Assembly (NCBI RefSeq): GCF_936981045.1
Contig: NZ_OW441264.1
Span: forward strand, 1,020,001-1,052,000
Direction: 5' to 3'
DNA length: 32,000 nucleotides
Source: Candidatus Saccharimonadota bacterium
GTDB lineage: Bacteria > Bacteroidota > Bacteroidia > Cytophagales > Amoebophilaceae
Both the position numbers and the translations under genes were made by a program. The notes below the pieces were generated by a model. The model saw only the letters and a list, made by a program, of their open reading frames with translations, did not search any database and was not told the origin of the DNA. Each line of letters begins with the position of its first letter. Positions within the stretch are counted from its first letter, which is position 1. Below are positions 8,858 to 18,344 of this stretch, in pieces.

Positions 8858-9372
8858 AACCTATGTTAAACTAAACGGGAAGTGGATCTATTTATATAGA
8901 GCAGTAGATCGTTATGGTGATACAGTTGACTTTTTTCTATCTGATCATAGAGACAAGTCTTCAACGCTTTCTTTTTTTCGCAAGGCGATCACAGAAAATA
9001 ATATTCCTAAGAAAGTAGTAATTGACAAAAGCGGTAGTAATAAAGCTGCCCTTGATGCGATCAATACAGATCTTGATCAAGATCATACCATTCAAATATT
9101 TCAAAACAAATATTTGAATAATAGAGTTGAACAAGATCATAGGTTTATCAAAAAACGGATAAAACCTATGCTGGGTTTTAAGAATTTTTATTCTGCTTCC
9201 ATTACTATTTCAGGGATAGAAAACATTCGTATGATTCAAAAAAGACAAGTAAGAGGAGCTAAAAATCATCTTTCTACTTTTGAGAACTTTGCTATCTTAA
9301 TGGCCGCATAATATCCAAAATTTGACTTAAACGAAAAACCTATACTAAGAAAACTATAGACGCGACAGAACC
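8858..9372 (+). mobile_element. IS6-family element, copy F: 5'-truncated (3' ~515 bp only), abutting the right end of copy E
   Basis: Copy E ends at ...GCGACAGAACC (8857). The sequence then continues as AACCTATGTTAAACTAAACGGGAAGTGG, which is the interior of the transposase (..ETYVKLNGKW..). It ends with a normal right end ..GACGCGACAGAACC at 9372. ORF 9114..9311 is the transposase C-terminus. Confidence 0.85.
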
Positions 9373-9523
9373 GGTAAAAATTCCTTTTTTACCACTGATT
9401 TGAGCAGATACCTTTTAGGCGTTATTATAACGCTCAAAAGATACAACAGTTTAAATAAAAATTTAACAAATTAGATAACTATAAATTTATTTTTACCATA
9501 AAATAACTGTAACTTAGTCCCCT

Positions 9524-10180
9524 ATGAGGAGGGTTGTAATGTTAGCTTTGTATTTTTTAATCAGGCATAGTAATGCTATGGCATTGCCTGGTCGTTTTAG
9601 TGTTGAATGTTCCCCTTCTTACGCTACCAATAGGATGTATAGCCACCAAATGCAACCGCCCCCCTATGATCAAGGAGGTGCTATAAGGATACACTTTGGT
9701 GGTGCCTATCATTTTGTGCTACAGGAGCACTGTAGTCTTAGCTTAGGTCTTTCCTATGCCTTTGGCCGTATTGCATTGGCTCGTGAAGCTGGTGAATCGG
9801 TATCCGCTATAGATGAGGCCTATGTTTTAGATTATGTGTGGGTGCCTGTCCTATGCAGATTGTATACCAGTGAGGTGATGATTGATACCAGTATCTATTG
9901 TAAACTAGGTATCATACCCTCTATCCATCTGCCTCTTAGAGCCACTGCACCACTCCATTCAGGCGCACCCCCTTTTTTAACAAAACGCCCGTTGGGCTGT
10001 TTTATCCTTTTAGGTGGCGGCATAAAATATGATTTTAGTCTAACCAATAGCCTGTTTGTAGGGTTAAGTTATTGCTGGGATGTGCCTGGCGTAATGTATA
10101 AAAAAGATCCAAATAATGATTCAATGAACTGTTATTGTCATAATAATTTCGTTTGCCTTGATCTCTGTTGTTTATTCTAA
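9524..10180 (+). CDS. Hypothetical protein, possible outer-membrane beta-barrel protein
   Basis: N-terminal hydrophobic, signal-like segment. It has alternating hydrophobic beta-strand-like patterns (LSLGLSYAF, YVWVPVLCRLY, GGGIKYDFSL, FVGLSYCW) and a C-terminal Phe. The tail is unusually Cys-rich (CYCHNNFVCLDLCCLF). No specific family recognised. Confidence 0.4.
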   Translation: MRRVVMLALYFLIRHSNAMALPGRFSVECSPSYATNRMYSHQMQPPPYDQGGAIRIHFGGAYHFVLQEHCSLSLGLSYAFGRIALAREAGESVSAIDEAYVLDYVWVPVLCRLYTSEVMIDTSIYCKLGIIPSIHLPLRATAPLHSGAPPFLTKRPLGCFILLGGGIKYDFSLTNSLFVGLSYCWDVPGVMYKKDPNNDSMNCYCHNNFVCLDLCCLF

Positions 10181-10305
10181 TAGCATATGAGTCGTTCTAA
10201 ATATAGAATAAACACCTGAATACCAGACATAGTAGATGGAAAACCAATGGCTTGTTCCCCAAGCAGTCTTCAAAAAGGGGCAAATCTTTTTTTTAATTAT
10301 ATACT

Positions 10306-11352
10306 ATGAAGTTGTCAAATTTTAAGTTTGAGCTACCAGAGCATAGCATTGCACAATATCCGATGGAGGTAAAAGAAGAGGCACGTTTAATGGTTGTCCA
10401 TAAAGATAGTGGCAAAATAGAGCATAAAACTTTTAAAGATCTTCCTACTTATTTTAGTGAAGGGGATACTTTAGTGGTCAACGACTCTAAAGTGTTGCCT
10501 TGTAAGCTTTATGGCTGTAAAGAAAAAACAAATGCTCAAGTAGAAGTACTTTTAGTGCGAAAATTGAATGATGAGCACGGTTTGTGGGATACTATTGTGG
10601 AGCCAGCACGTAAAATCCGAATAGGCAATAAAATTTATTTTGGCAATGGCGAATTGGTGGCTGAAATTATAGATAATACTACTTCAAGAGGTCGCACCCT
10701 TAAATTATTGTTTGACAGAACGGAAGAAGCATTCTATGCATTGATTAACGAAATTGGCCATATGCCTTTGCCACATCAAATAGGGCGTCCTTCCAAGCCA
10801 GAAGATAGAGAATACTATCAGACCCTATTTGCGCAAAACATAGGTAGTATTGTATTACCAGCTGCCGGGTTGCATTTTACTCCTTATTTGTTGAAATATT
10901 TAGCCTTACAGAACATTTCTGTTGTGCCGGTTACATTGCATATTGGTTTAGGTGAACTAAGTACGATTGATATGGAAGATCTAACCAAGGTAAGAGCTTC
11001 CTCTGAACGTTTTATGATTACCCAAGAAACTGCAAAGGTAGTAAACCGCAGCCTACATCATCAAAGAAAAGTTTGTGCCGTAGGCACTTCGGTTTTAAGG
11101 GCTATGGAATCTTCTGTTTCAGTCTCTTGCGAATTAAAAGAAGCCAGTGGCTGGACCAATAAATTTATTTTACCTTCTTGTTCCTTCAAAGTGTGCAATG
11201 CATTGTTGACCACATTGCATCTTCCCTCTTCTATCTCTTTGGTCAGTGTAGCTGCTTTTGGAGGCGAGAAATTGGTTTTAACTGCTTATGCCGAAGCAAT
11301 AAAGGAACGTTATCGATTTTTCTTATATGGCGACTCTATGTTGATTATATAG
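10306..11352 (+). CDS. queA: S-adenosylmethionine:tRNA ribosyltransferase-isomerase
   Basis: 348 aa. The N-terminus MKLSNFKFELPEHSIAQYPMEVKEEARLMVV... and ..GDTLVVNDSKVLPCKL.. are characteristic of QueA, and the length is typical. Confidence 0.9.
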   Translation: MKLSNFKFELPEHSIAQYPMEVKEEARLMVVHKDSGKIEHKTFKDLPTYFSEGDTLVVNDSKVLPCKLYGCKEKTNAQVEVLLVRKLNDEHGLWDTIVEPARKIRIGNKIYFGNGELVAEIIDNTTSRGRTLKLLFDRTEEAFYALINEIGHMPLPHQIGRPSKPEDREYYQTLFAQNIGSIVLPAAGLHFTPYLLKYLALQNISVVPVTLHIGLGELSTIDMEDLTKVRASSERFMITQETAKVVNRSLHHQRKVCAVGTSVLRAMESSVSVSCELKEASGWTNKFILPSCSFKVCNALLTTLHLPSSISLVSVAAFGGEKLVLTAYAEAIKERYRFFLYGDSMLII

Positions 11353-11538
11353 ATCATAACAGTAGGTTATACCGTTCATATTTTCCTATATTGGGAAAAA
11401 GGTATCGTCTATGTAGGCTATATTTTTTAATGCTTGAAAAGGCGCTACGTATCGGAGGGGTGCAATGGTTGCTCCATTCTTTTTGGATGGATGTGGAGTA
11501 GCTTATCCAGCTATAAATTTATTCTATTTATTATAATA

Positions 11539-14181
11539 ATGATAGATACAAATATCAAAAAAGTGAAACGTTTGTTATGCCTTTTCTGTCTATGTATAGG
11601 ATGGGCACAGCCCACCTTTGGTGCAACTGGTTACGTTGTACGCAAGATTCAGGTGGTCGGTAATGTTTTGGTAGCGTCTGACCTACTGATTGCACTTTCT
11701 GGTTTACAAGAAGGAGCAAGTGTTGACCCATCCGCTGGACAAATTCGTAATGCTATTCGAAAAATAGCCAAACAGGATGGTATCAAATCTGTTGCCGTCT
11801 ACCTATCTGAGGTTGATCAAGTAAATGGTTTGGCAACTTTTGTTATTCAGGTAGAAGAATATCCCCAGTTAGCCAGTTGTCTTTTAGAAAGTTTAACCAA
11901 AAAAGATGAAAAAGCGCTGCAAGCGCTGCTTGACAAAGTCAACGTAGATAATAATAATAATGTTGCGCTATCGCCGCTTTTTCTTCAAAAAATAACTGCT
12001 AAGATTAAAAAAATATTTTTAGAAAAAGGATTTAGGGAAGTTCAGGTTTCTACAGAGTTGATTCCAAATCAAAAAATGGATCATAAAGCTACCCTAAAAA
12101 TTAAAGTAAATAAAGGCAAGACAAGTAGGGTTCAAAAAATAATTTTTGAAGGGAATGACTATTTGGATGCCGATCTCTTAAGATATAATATGAAAGAGCT
12201 ACAAGAAGCACCTCATTTTACACTTTTCAAGGATATTTTCAAAAAAAGTATCACCCTGATACCCATTCGCAAAGGCGGTATATTTTTACAGTTGCCTAAA
12301 AAAATGGGTGAGGTCAAGCGTTATTTTTTTAATCATGTTTCCTTTTTCCCATCTGTTTTCACAGAAGACAAATATTTAAAAGCTAAAGAAAATCTTATTC
12401 TTTTTTATCAGTCACATGGGTTTCGAGATGCATATATTGCAGCAGAACGTTTGCACCCTTCTACTGATGGAAAACTGGATATTTATTTAAAAATTAACGA
12501 AGGCAAACCATATATGATCCGTCATATTAAATGGGTTGGTAATTATGTCTATAGTGATCAAGACCTAAATAGGTTGTTAAACTTGAAGGAAGACAGGATA
12601 TATGACCCTCTCTATATTAAAAGTCGATTGAGTCCTGGGATTACAGATTTAACTATTAGTGACTTGTATACCAATAATGGATATCTTTTTTTCCGTGCAG
12701 AAGTTGTTGAAACTAGTATAGAAGATAACCAAGTAGATCTAGAAATTAGAATTCAAGAGGGGAAGCAGGTGACTATCCGCCAGATAGATATTGTAGGCAA
12801 TACATTAACCCATGATTACGTTATTCGCCGTGAACTACTGACATTACCTGGGGAGAAATATAACCAAGGCCTTTTGCGGGAATCTTTACGAAGATTAGCC
12901 ATGTTGAACCTATTTAAGCCAGAAAAATTAATCCCAGATATACATCCAGATGAAGCTACAGGTCAAGTAGATCTTATTTATTCGGTAGAAGAACAACCTC
13001 GGTTCGACTTTAAGCTAAATGCGCATTATAGTAATAGGATAATGGCTGGGATTGAACTGGGTTCTAATAATGTTTCTTTACAAAACCTCTTTACAAGCAA
13101 AATTCCCCTAGGAGCTGCTCAGCAATTGCATTTAGTAGCTGAATTGAATGGTAAAAATCACAAAAATTTTAGTTTTTCCTTTCAAGAACCTTGGTTGTGG
13201 TTGAAGGAAAGCCGTTATATATTTTCCATAGGTTTCAATATTGCGCATGAAAAGGCCTCCTGTACTGAAAAGAATGCATTAGACGATTGGCTGCACTTAA
13301 TTACATTTCCATTTGCAAAACAAGATAAAAAAGGAGGAATTTGTTCAAGTGGTGGCCGAATAAGCCTAGGCAAAAAGCTTGCTAGATATTGGGAAGGCCA
13401 TTTGGGTATAGATTACCATCGCCATGATTATCAGCATTATGAACTATTAGAAGATCACAAAAGAAGATCAGGACTTTTGCATGATTTTACTGTAGACCTT
13501 TCATTGATATATTCCAGTATAAATAATCCAAATTATCCTACTAGTGGATCTTCTTGGTCTAACTTTTTAACCTTAACGCCTCCCTACACTTTGTTGGGCT
13601 ATGCTCCTTCTGCAGCAACAGCTATACCACGTTTTAAGGAATTTGGAAAGTTTATGACAGATGTTTATTACTTTAAACGTTTGCTAGGCAATTGGGTCTT
13701 ACATTTTCGTGGCCATGCTGGATTTTTACACAGCCTGTCTAAAAATGCAATAGGACCTTTTGAGCGATTTTATTTAGGCGGGACATCAAGTATACTAACT
13801 AAATTATTAGGCGTGAATTTTGTTTCACTACGTGGTTATCCAGATGATAGCCTTACACCGGAAGATTATACAAAAAAGATAAAAGGGGGCGTTTTATTTA
13901 ATAAGTTCGTTTCAGAGTTGCGTTATCCGCTTATCCTGGCACCGGTTTGTTGCTATCTATTGGGCTTTGTAGAGATAGGGGATAGTTGGTTACATTATGA
14001 AAATTTCAACCTATCTAATATAAAAAAATCTATAGGTGGTGGCATTCGTCTTATTTTGCCTATATCTATTGTACCAATGCTTGGCTTGGATTTCGGCTAT
14101 AGATTGGATCCTGTAAAGGATATTCGCAGTATCAAAAGTTCTTTTGAATATCACTTCACCCTTGGTCCTAGTATACGTTAA
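11539..14181 (+). CDS. bamA: Outer membrane protein assembly factor BamA (Omp85 family)
   Basis: Signal peptide (MIDTNIKKVKRLLCLFCLCIGWAQPTFG), repeated POTRA-like modules (IxVxGN..., IxFEGN..., IKWVGN..., IDIVGNTLTHDYVIRREL) and a C-terminal beta-barrel. The track ORF starts upstream at 11434 with a non-ATG start; the ATG at 11539 is preferred. Confidence 0.88.
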   Translation: MIDTNIKKVKRLLCLFCLCIGWAQPTFGATGYVVRKIQVVGNVLVASDLLIALSGLQEGASVDPSAGQIRNAIRKIAKQDGIKSVAVYLSEVDQVNGLATFVIQVEEYPQLASCLLESLTKKDEKALQALLDKVNVDNNNNVALSPLFLQKITAKIKKIFLEKGFREVQVSTELIPNQKMDHKATLKIKVNKGKTSRVQKIIFEGNDYLDADLLRYNMKELQEAPHFTLFKDIFKKSITLIPIRKGGIFLQLPKKMGEVKRYFFNHVSFFPSVFTEDKYLKAKENLILFYQSHGFRDAYIAAERLHPSTDGKLDIYLKINEGKPYMIRHIKWVGNYVYSDQDLNRLLNLKEDRIYDPLYIKSRLSPGITDLTISDLYTNNGYLFFRAEVVETSIEDNQVDLEIRIQEGKQVTIRQIDIVGNTLTHDYVIRRELLTLPGEKYNQGLLRESLRRLAMLNLFKPEKLIPDIHPDEATGQVDLIYSVEEQPRFDFKLNAHYSNRIMAGIELGSNNVSLQNLFTSKIPLGAAQQLHLVAELNGKNHKNFSFSFQEPWLWLKESRYIFSIGFNIAHEKASCTEKNALDDWLHLITFPFAKQDKKGGICSSGGRISLGKKLARYWEGHLGIDYHRHDYQHYELLEDHKRRSGLLHDFTVDLSLIYSSINNPNYPTSGSSWSNFLTLTPPYTLLGYAPSAATAIPRFKEFGKFMTDVYYFKRLLGNWVLHFRGHAGFLHSLSKNAIGPFERFYLGGTSSILTKLLGVNFVSLRGYPDDSLTPEDYTKKIKGGVLFNKFVSELRYPLILAPVCCYLLGFVEIGDSWLHYENFNLSNIKKSIGGGIRLILPISIVPMLGLDFGYRLDPVKDIRSIKSSFEYHFTLGPSIR

Positions 14182-14243
14182 ATGGAAAGTATCCGTTCGG
14201 TCGATGGTGGGGGCTTAAGGAATAGCTCTTCTACTTATTCTTA

Positions 14244-14752
14244 ACCTGAATTTGGGATTAGACGTATTGTGAACCAGTCATATATATATTAGTTATGGAA
14301 GGTTTTTTCTCTTTTAGTGCATAAGCTGTAATTCCAGCTATCAAATTGACCAAAAAATTAGGTATACTTCTATGGCTGGCATGTTCTATCTGGCTAATAT
14401 TTTTGAGCTGATCTATAATAGTTTCAATTATAGATCGTTTTCTAAGCATCAGTTTATCCCAGAGTGGCATAAAAGCATTTTTCATATTTTTTCTGATCTG
14501 GGTAATGAGTTCCACGCCTTTTTCCATCAGTTTTTCAAATAAATCTTTGCTTATGTAACCTTTATCGGCAAACATTTTACCCATCAAGCGTTTACACAAA
14601 TTTTCTACAGGAAGCCTATCATTAGTTTTACCTGTAGTGAGTTGAAAGTTCATAACCTCGCCTAAATCGTTGACTATCAAATGTAATTTGATGCCAAAAA
14701 ACCAACCAGTACTGGTTTTACCTTTAGTAGCAATTGATGCAAAAACCTTGTT
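14244..14752 (-). mobile_element. IS982-like element fragment (3' half with terminal repeat; transposase C-terminal part, ORF 14258..14680)
   Basis: The terminus ACCTGAATTTGGGATTAGACGTATTGTGAACC matches the end of the full-length copy at 21739. The encoded ..[70 protein letters not shown]... shows IS982-family transposase features. It is cut at ~14752 by the adjacent fragment. Confidence 0.8.
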
Positions 14753-14753
14753 A

Positions 14754-15385
14754 ACCTCAGTTCGGGATTAGCTTGTTAAAAAATGGCTTTAAAAAGCTCC
14801 TTTGTGTTTTAAATTTGGAGATAAAAAAATACTAACCAGATTATCCAAAGGAGCCAGTTATGAATGTAGAAAAGTTAGTTGAAATATATTATGCTGTTGA
14901 TGAATTTCTCATAAAGTTTATGCCGTATATGGAAAAACAACTGTTAACCAACTCTAAAAGAAAACCCACTAGAACTTGTTCATTAACTTTGAGTGAAATA
15001 ATGACTGTTCTTATTGCCTTTCATGTGATTGGTTTTAGAAATTTTAAGTCTTATTATATTCATTTACAGCAATTTCATTCTAGTGAATTTGGAAAGTTAG
15101 TAAGCTAGAATAGATTTATAGAACTGATCCAAAGAACGTTAGTTCCCTTGTACTGTTTTACACAAAGTCTTTCTAAAACAAAAACAGGTTGTTATTTTAT
15201 GGATGCAACAGCCATCAAGGTTTGCCATATCAAAAGAGCCTATACGCACAGGGTTTTTAAATCGATTGCTACTAAAGGTAAAACCAGCACCGGTTGGTTT
15301 TTTGGATTAAAGTTGCACTTGATAGTCAATTATTTAGGAGAAATCATGAATTTTCGACTGACCACAGGTAAAACTAATGATAGGC
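14754..15385 (+). mobile_element. IS982-like element fragment (5' end with terminal repeat; transposase N-terminal part with a nonsense codon), truncated by IS6 copy B
   Basis: It begins ACCTCAGTTCGGGATTAGCTTGTTAAAAAAT, the same as the other end of the full-length copy. ORF 14860..15108 ends at a TAG where other copies have Tyr (GKLVS*NRF versus GKLVSYNRF). ORF 15148.. runs into the IS6 terminal repeat at 15386. Confidence 0.8.
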
Positions 15386-16218
15386 GGTTCTGTCGCGTCT
15401 ATAGTTTTCTTAGTATAGGTTTTTCGTTTAAGTCAAATTTTGGATATTATGCGGCCATTAAGATAGCAAAGTTCTCAAAAGTAGAAAGATGATTTTTAGC
15501 TCCTCTTACTTGTCCTTTTTGAATCATACGAATGTTTTCTATCCCTGAAATAGTAATGGAAGCAGAATAAAAATTCTTAAAACCCAGCATAGGTTTTATC
15601 CGTTTTTTGATAAACCTATGATCTTGTTCAACTCTATTATTCAAATATTTGTTTTGAAATATTTGAATGGTATGATCTTGATCAAGATCTGTATTGATCG
15701 CATCAAGGGCAGCTTTATTACTACCGCTTTTGTCAATTACTACTTTCTTAGGAATATTATTTTCTGTGATCGCCTTGCGAAAAAAAGAAAGCGTTGAAGA
15801 CTTGTCTCTATGATCAGATAGAAAAAAGTCAACTGTATCACCATAACGATCTACTGCTCTATATAAATAGATCCACTTCCCGTTTAGTTTAACATAGGTT
15901 TCATCCATTTTCCAACTACTACCAATTGGTCGTTTTCTTTTTCTTACTGCTTTATCTATCAGAGGAACAAACTTAATAACCCATCTCTGTAGCGTAGAAT
16001 GATCAACTCTTGCGCCTCTCATACGCATCATCTCTTCCAAATCTCTATAGCTCAAGGAAAAACGACACTTCATGTATACAAATAACAGGATGACTTCTGA
16101 TGAAGAACAATAACCTTTAAAATATGGTAATAACTCGGGAGAAATATTAAACATAATAACTACTTTTTTAAATACCGATACTAAAATAATCATTTTTTAG
16201 AATAAACGCGACAGAACC
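15386..16218 (-). mobile_element. IS6-family insertion sequence, copy B (833 bp, intact)
   Basis: The terminal inverted repeats are GGTTCTGTCGCGTCTAT and ATAAACGCGACAGAACC (16 of 17 complementary). It carries an intact 248-aa ORF. No 8-bp direct duplication (TGATAGGC versus TGATTTTT). Confidence 0.92.
15447..16193 (-). CDS. IS6-family DDE transposase (intact)
   Basis: Candidate DDE residues lie in ..SSWKMDETYVKLNGKW.., ..VVIDKSGSN.. and ..NNRVEQDHRFIKKR.., the IS6/IS26-type layout. The true start is probably the internal ATG (MFNISPELL), 13 codons in. Confidence 0.9.
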   Translation of the reverse strand: MIILVSVFKKVVIMFNISPELLPYFKGYCSSSEVILLFVYMKCRFSLSYRDLEEMMRMRGARVDHSTLQRWVIKFVPLIDKAVRKRKRPIGSSWKMDETYVKLNGKWIYLYRAVDRYGDTVDFFLSDHRDKSSTLSFFRKAITENNIPKKVVIDKSGSNKAALDAINTDLDQDHTIQIFQNKYLNNRVEQDHRFIKKRIKPMLGFKNFYSASITISGIENIRMIQKGQVRGAKNHLSTFENFAILMAA

Positions 16219-16520
16219 TGATTTTTTGCACACTTTTTTATCAAGAAAAAAGTATGATATAAATTCCCTTAATTAAATTTTATAAGTAAAATAAAAATTT
16301 CATAAATTTGGCCCATCGGCCACTTAAATCAATCAAACGTTATACCTGCATTTTTGATTACATCTAAATTAGAAAAGTGCTAACTCTTTATTTTAAAAGA
16401 AATTATATATACCTATTGTTTAAAAGAAATTATATCGTTATATGCAATTGTTAATGCAAAATAGGTTTTGAATGTAAGACTTCATTCTATATTTTTTTTG
16501 ATTTTATTGCTCTAATCCTT

Positions 16521-17231
16521 ATGCTGATGCAGCCAAGAAAAGTTGGGTTTATAGTTTTTGTATTGCTGTTTTTTTTTCAATCTGTTTCTAGTAGCCTTGC
16601 TTTAGGTGTAGATTTTATAGAAAGGGCCTATTTTAAGGAAGATGGATCTGGTCAATTTAGCATTAAAGTAGATTTAACTAAGACCAGTAAGTTGATTTCG
16701 GTCATTAAATGCTTAAATAAAGATTATAAGTATCAAGGTATAACTAAATCTATTGGTTATAAGGCTTTTAGTAAGGCCCAAGCACGTCTTGAAAAAATAT
16801 CTGATATCAGCCAGATCCGAGTCGGCTATGATGAGAAGATGCTTAGCTTCCAGCTAATGTTTAGATTTAATACTATTCAAGCACTTAATAAAGCAATACG
16901 AAAAATTAATAAAGGTTTGGATCCTTTGAAAATTACCTATTTTAGTCTTGATGATGGGCTCTTTGTTCGTCAGGATGTAAATGGCATCACACAAAAGATA
17001 CTCTTTTACCAACAATATGATAACTGTCTGGTTAAAAGTTTAGATTTGGCCTCCTTTTTTAAGGAAACCACTTATACGACTATCTATACTTTCTATAAAG
17101 AAATTGAAGATTATAGCAATCCATTAAGCGAACTCACTAAGGATAGAAAGACCATACGTATTGCTCACTATGTCTTCGCTCCCGATCAAATAACAGAGTC
17201 TATAGGGAATCGTGTGCATTTTGTAAAATAA
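16521..17231 (+). CDS. Hypothetical secreted protein
   Basis: 236-aa ORF with an N-terminal signal-like hydrophobic stretch (VGFIVFVLLFFFQSVSSSLA). No motif I can assign. Confidence 0.5.
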   Translation: MLMQPRKVGFIVFVLLFFFQSVSSSLALGVDFIERAYFKEDGSGQFSIKVDLTKTSKLISVIKCLNKDYKYQGITKSIGYKAFSKAQARLEKISDISQIRVGYDEKMLSFQLMFRFNTIQALNKAIRKINKGLDPLKITYFSLDDGLFVRQDVNGITQKILFYQQYDNCLVKSLDLASFFKETTYTTIYTFYKEIEDYSNPLSELTKDRKTIRIAHYVFAPDQITESIGNRVHFVK

Positions 17232-17254
17232 ATAGTTGTTGTTAAAATAAGTTT

Positions 17255-18344
17255 ATGAAAACCAAATATGCTTACCTAGAAGAAAGAATAGAGGCCTTAA
17301 AGGACTGTCTTTGACTATGCTAGTAAAAATAGACAACTACAGCTATTAGAAGAAGCAGTTGCAGCCCCTTCATTTTGGTCTAATCCAGCAAAATCCCAAC
17401 AAACCATCCAAAAAGTTAAAATCTTAAAAGAAGCAATTGATCAATTCAATACCCTACAGGCTCAATGGGAAGAGCTCCTTTTATTAGAAGCCTTATTTTC
17501 AGAAGATGCTGCAGTGCAAGATGAGTTGGCGCTTGCAGCCTCATCTCTTGCTAAATTGTTAGAGGAAGTTGAATTAAAAAAAATACTGGATAGCAAGGAG
17601 GATTATTTAAATGCCATCATAGATATAAAGCCGGGTGCAGGTGGTACAGAAAGCCAGGATTGGGCCTATATGTTGGCGCGTATGTATACGATGTGGGCCA
17701 CCAAAAAGGGTTATACGGTTAAAACCGTTCACTACCAACCAGGAGATAGTGCGGGCATTAAGGCTGTTACGTTGGAAATAATCGGTTCCTATGCATATGG
17801 ATATATAAAAGCAGAGGTGGGTATTCATCGCCTGGTCCGTCTTTCTCCGTTTGATGCTGCAGGTAAACGACATACTTCGTTTGCTTCTATATATGCAGCG
17901 CCTGTTATCGATGATTCCATAAAAATTGAAATAAATCCTGCAGATCTAAGCTGGGATACTTTTCGGTCTGGTGGAGCCGGAGGGCAAAATGTAAATAAAG
18001 TAGAAACAGCTGTTCGTGTGAAGCATCTTCCCTCTGGTATTGTAGTAGAATGTCAGCAAGAACGTTCTCAACTACAAAATAGGGATAAAGCTTTGCAACT
18101 GCTTAAATCTAAGCTTTACCAACAAGCATTAGAAAAGAGAAGGGCAAAACAGCAACAAATAGAACAGAGCAAAAAAAAGATTGAATTTGGCGCTCAAATT
18201 AGGAGCTATGTATTACATCCTTATAAAATTATTAAAGACAACCGAACAGGATATGAACGAAAAGATGTAGAAAATGTTTTAGATGGAGATCTTGATGGGT
18301 TTATAAAAAGGTATTTATTTGTGGTTCTGTCGCGTTTATTCTAA
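17255..18344 (+). CDS. prfB: Peptide chain release factor 2, expressed via programmed +1 frameshift; last ~7 codons and stop supplied by IS6 copy C
   Basis: Frame 0 reads ATG 17255 [19 protein letters not shown] then TGA at 17312-17314, within CTT TGA C. The +1 frame from 17313 ([25 protein letters not shown]...) is in phase with track ORF 17514..18344. The RF2 motifs SPF (RLSPFDA) and GGQ (GAGGQNVNK) are present. Confidence 0.92.
17301..17315 (+). promoter_or_regulatory. prfB autoregulatory +1 frameshift site (AGGA n4 CTT TGA C)
   Basis: The slippery CTT codon is followed by an in-frame TGA and then C. A purine-rich AGGA lies 4 nt upstream. This matches the classical RF2 recoding signal. 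Confidence 0.85.

Noticed and set aside
9373-9393. Hairpin GGTAAAAA-TTCCT-TTTTTACC directly after the IS6 copy F end, and the nearby palindrome GCGTTAT-T-ATAACGC
   Set aside because: The stems are AT-rich, orientation is ambiguous and there is no adjacent gene end to terminate. Evidence is insufficient to call a terminator or operator.
11178-11501. 107-aa plus-strand ORF overlapping the queA 3' end, and the upstream extension of the bamA ORF (11434-11538)
   Set aside because: It is out of frame with queA and Cys/Phe/Leu-rich with no motif. The bamA extension precedes a canonical signal peptide that starts at the ATG at 11539.
15148-15492. 114-aa ORF spanning the IS982-like fragment and the IS6 end; likewise the 28571..28846 and 28613..28837 ORFs across the miniature IS6
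   Set aside because: These are chimeric reading frames created by insertion junctions. The parts belong to different truncated transposases.
17607-17873. 88-aa minus-strand ORF
   Set aside because: It is antisense inside prfB.
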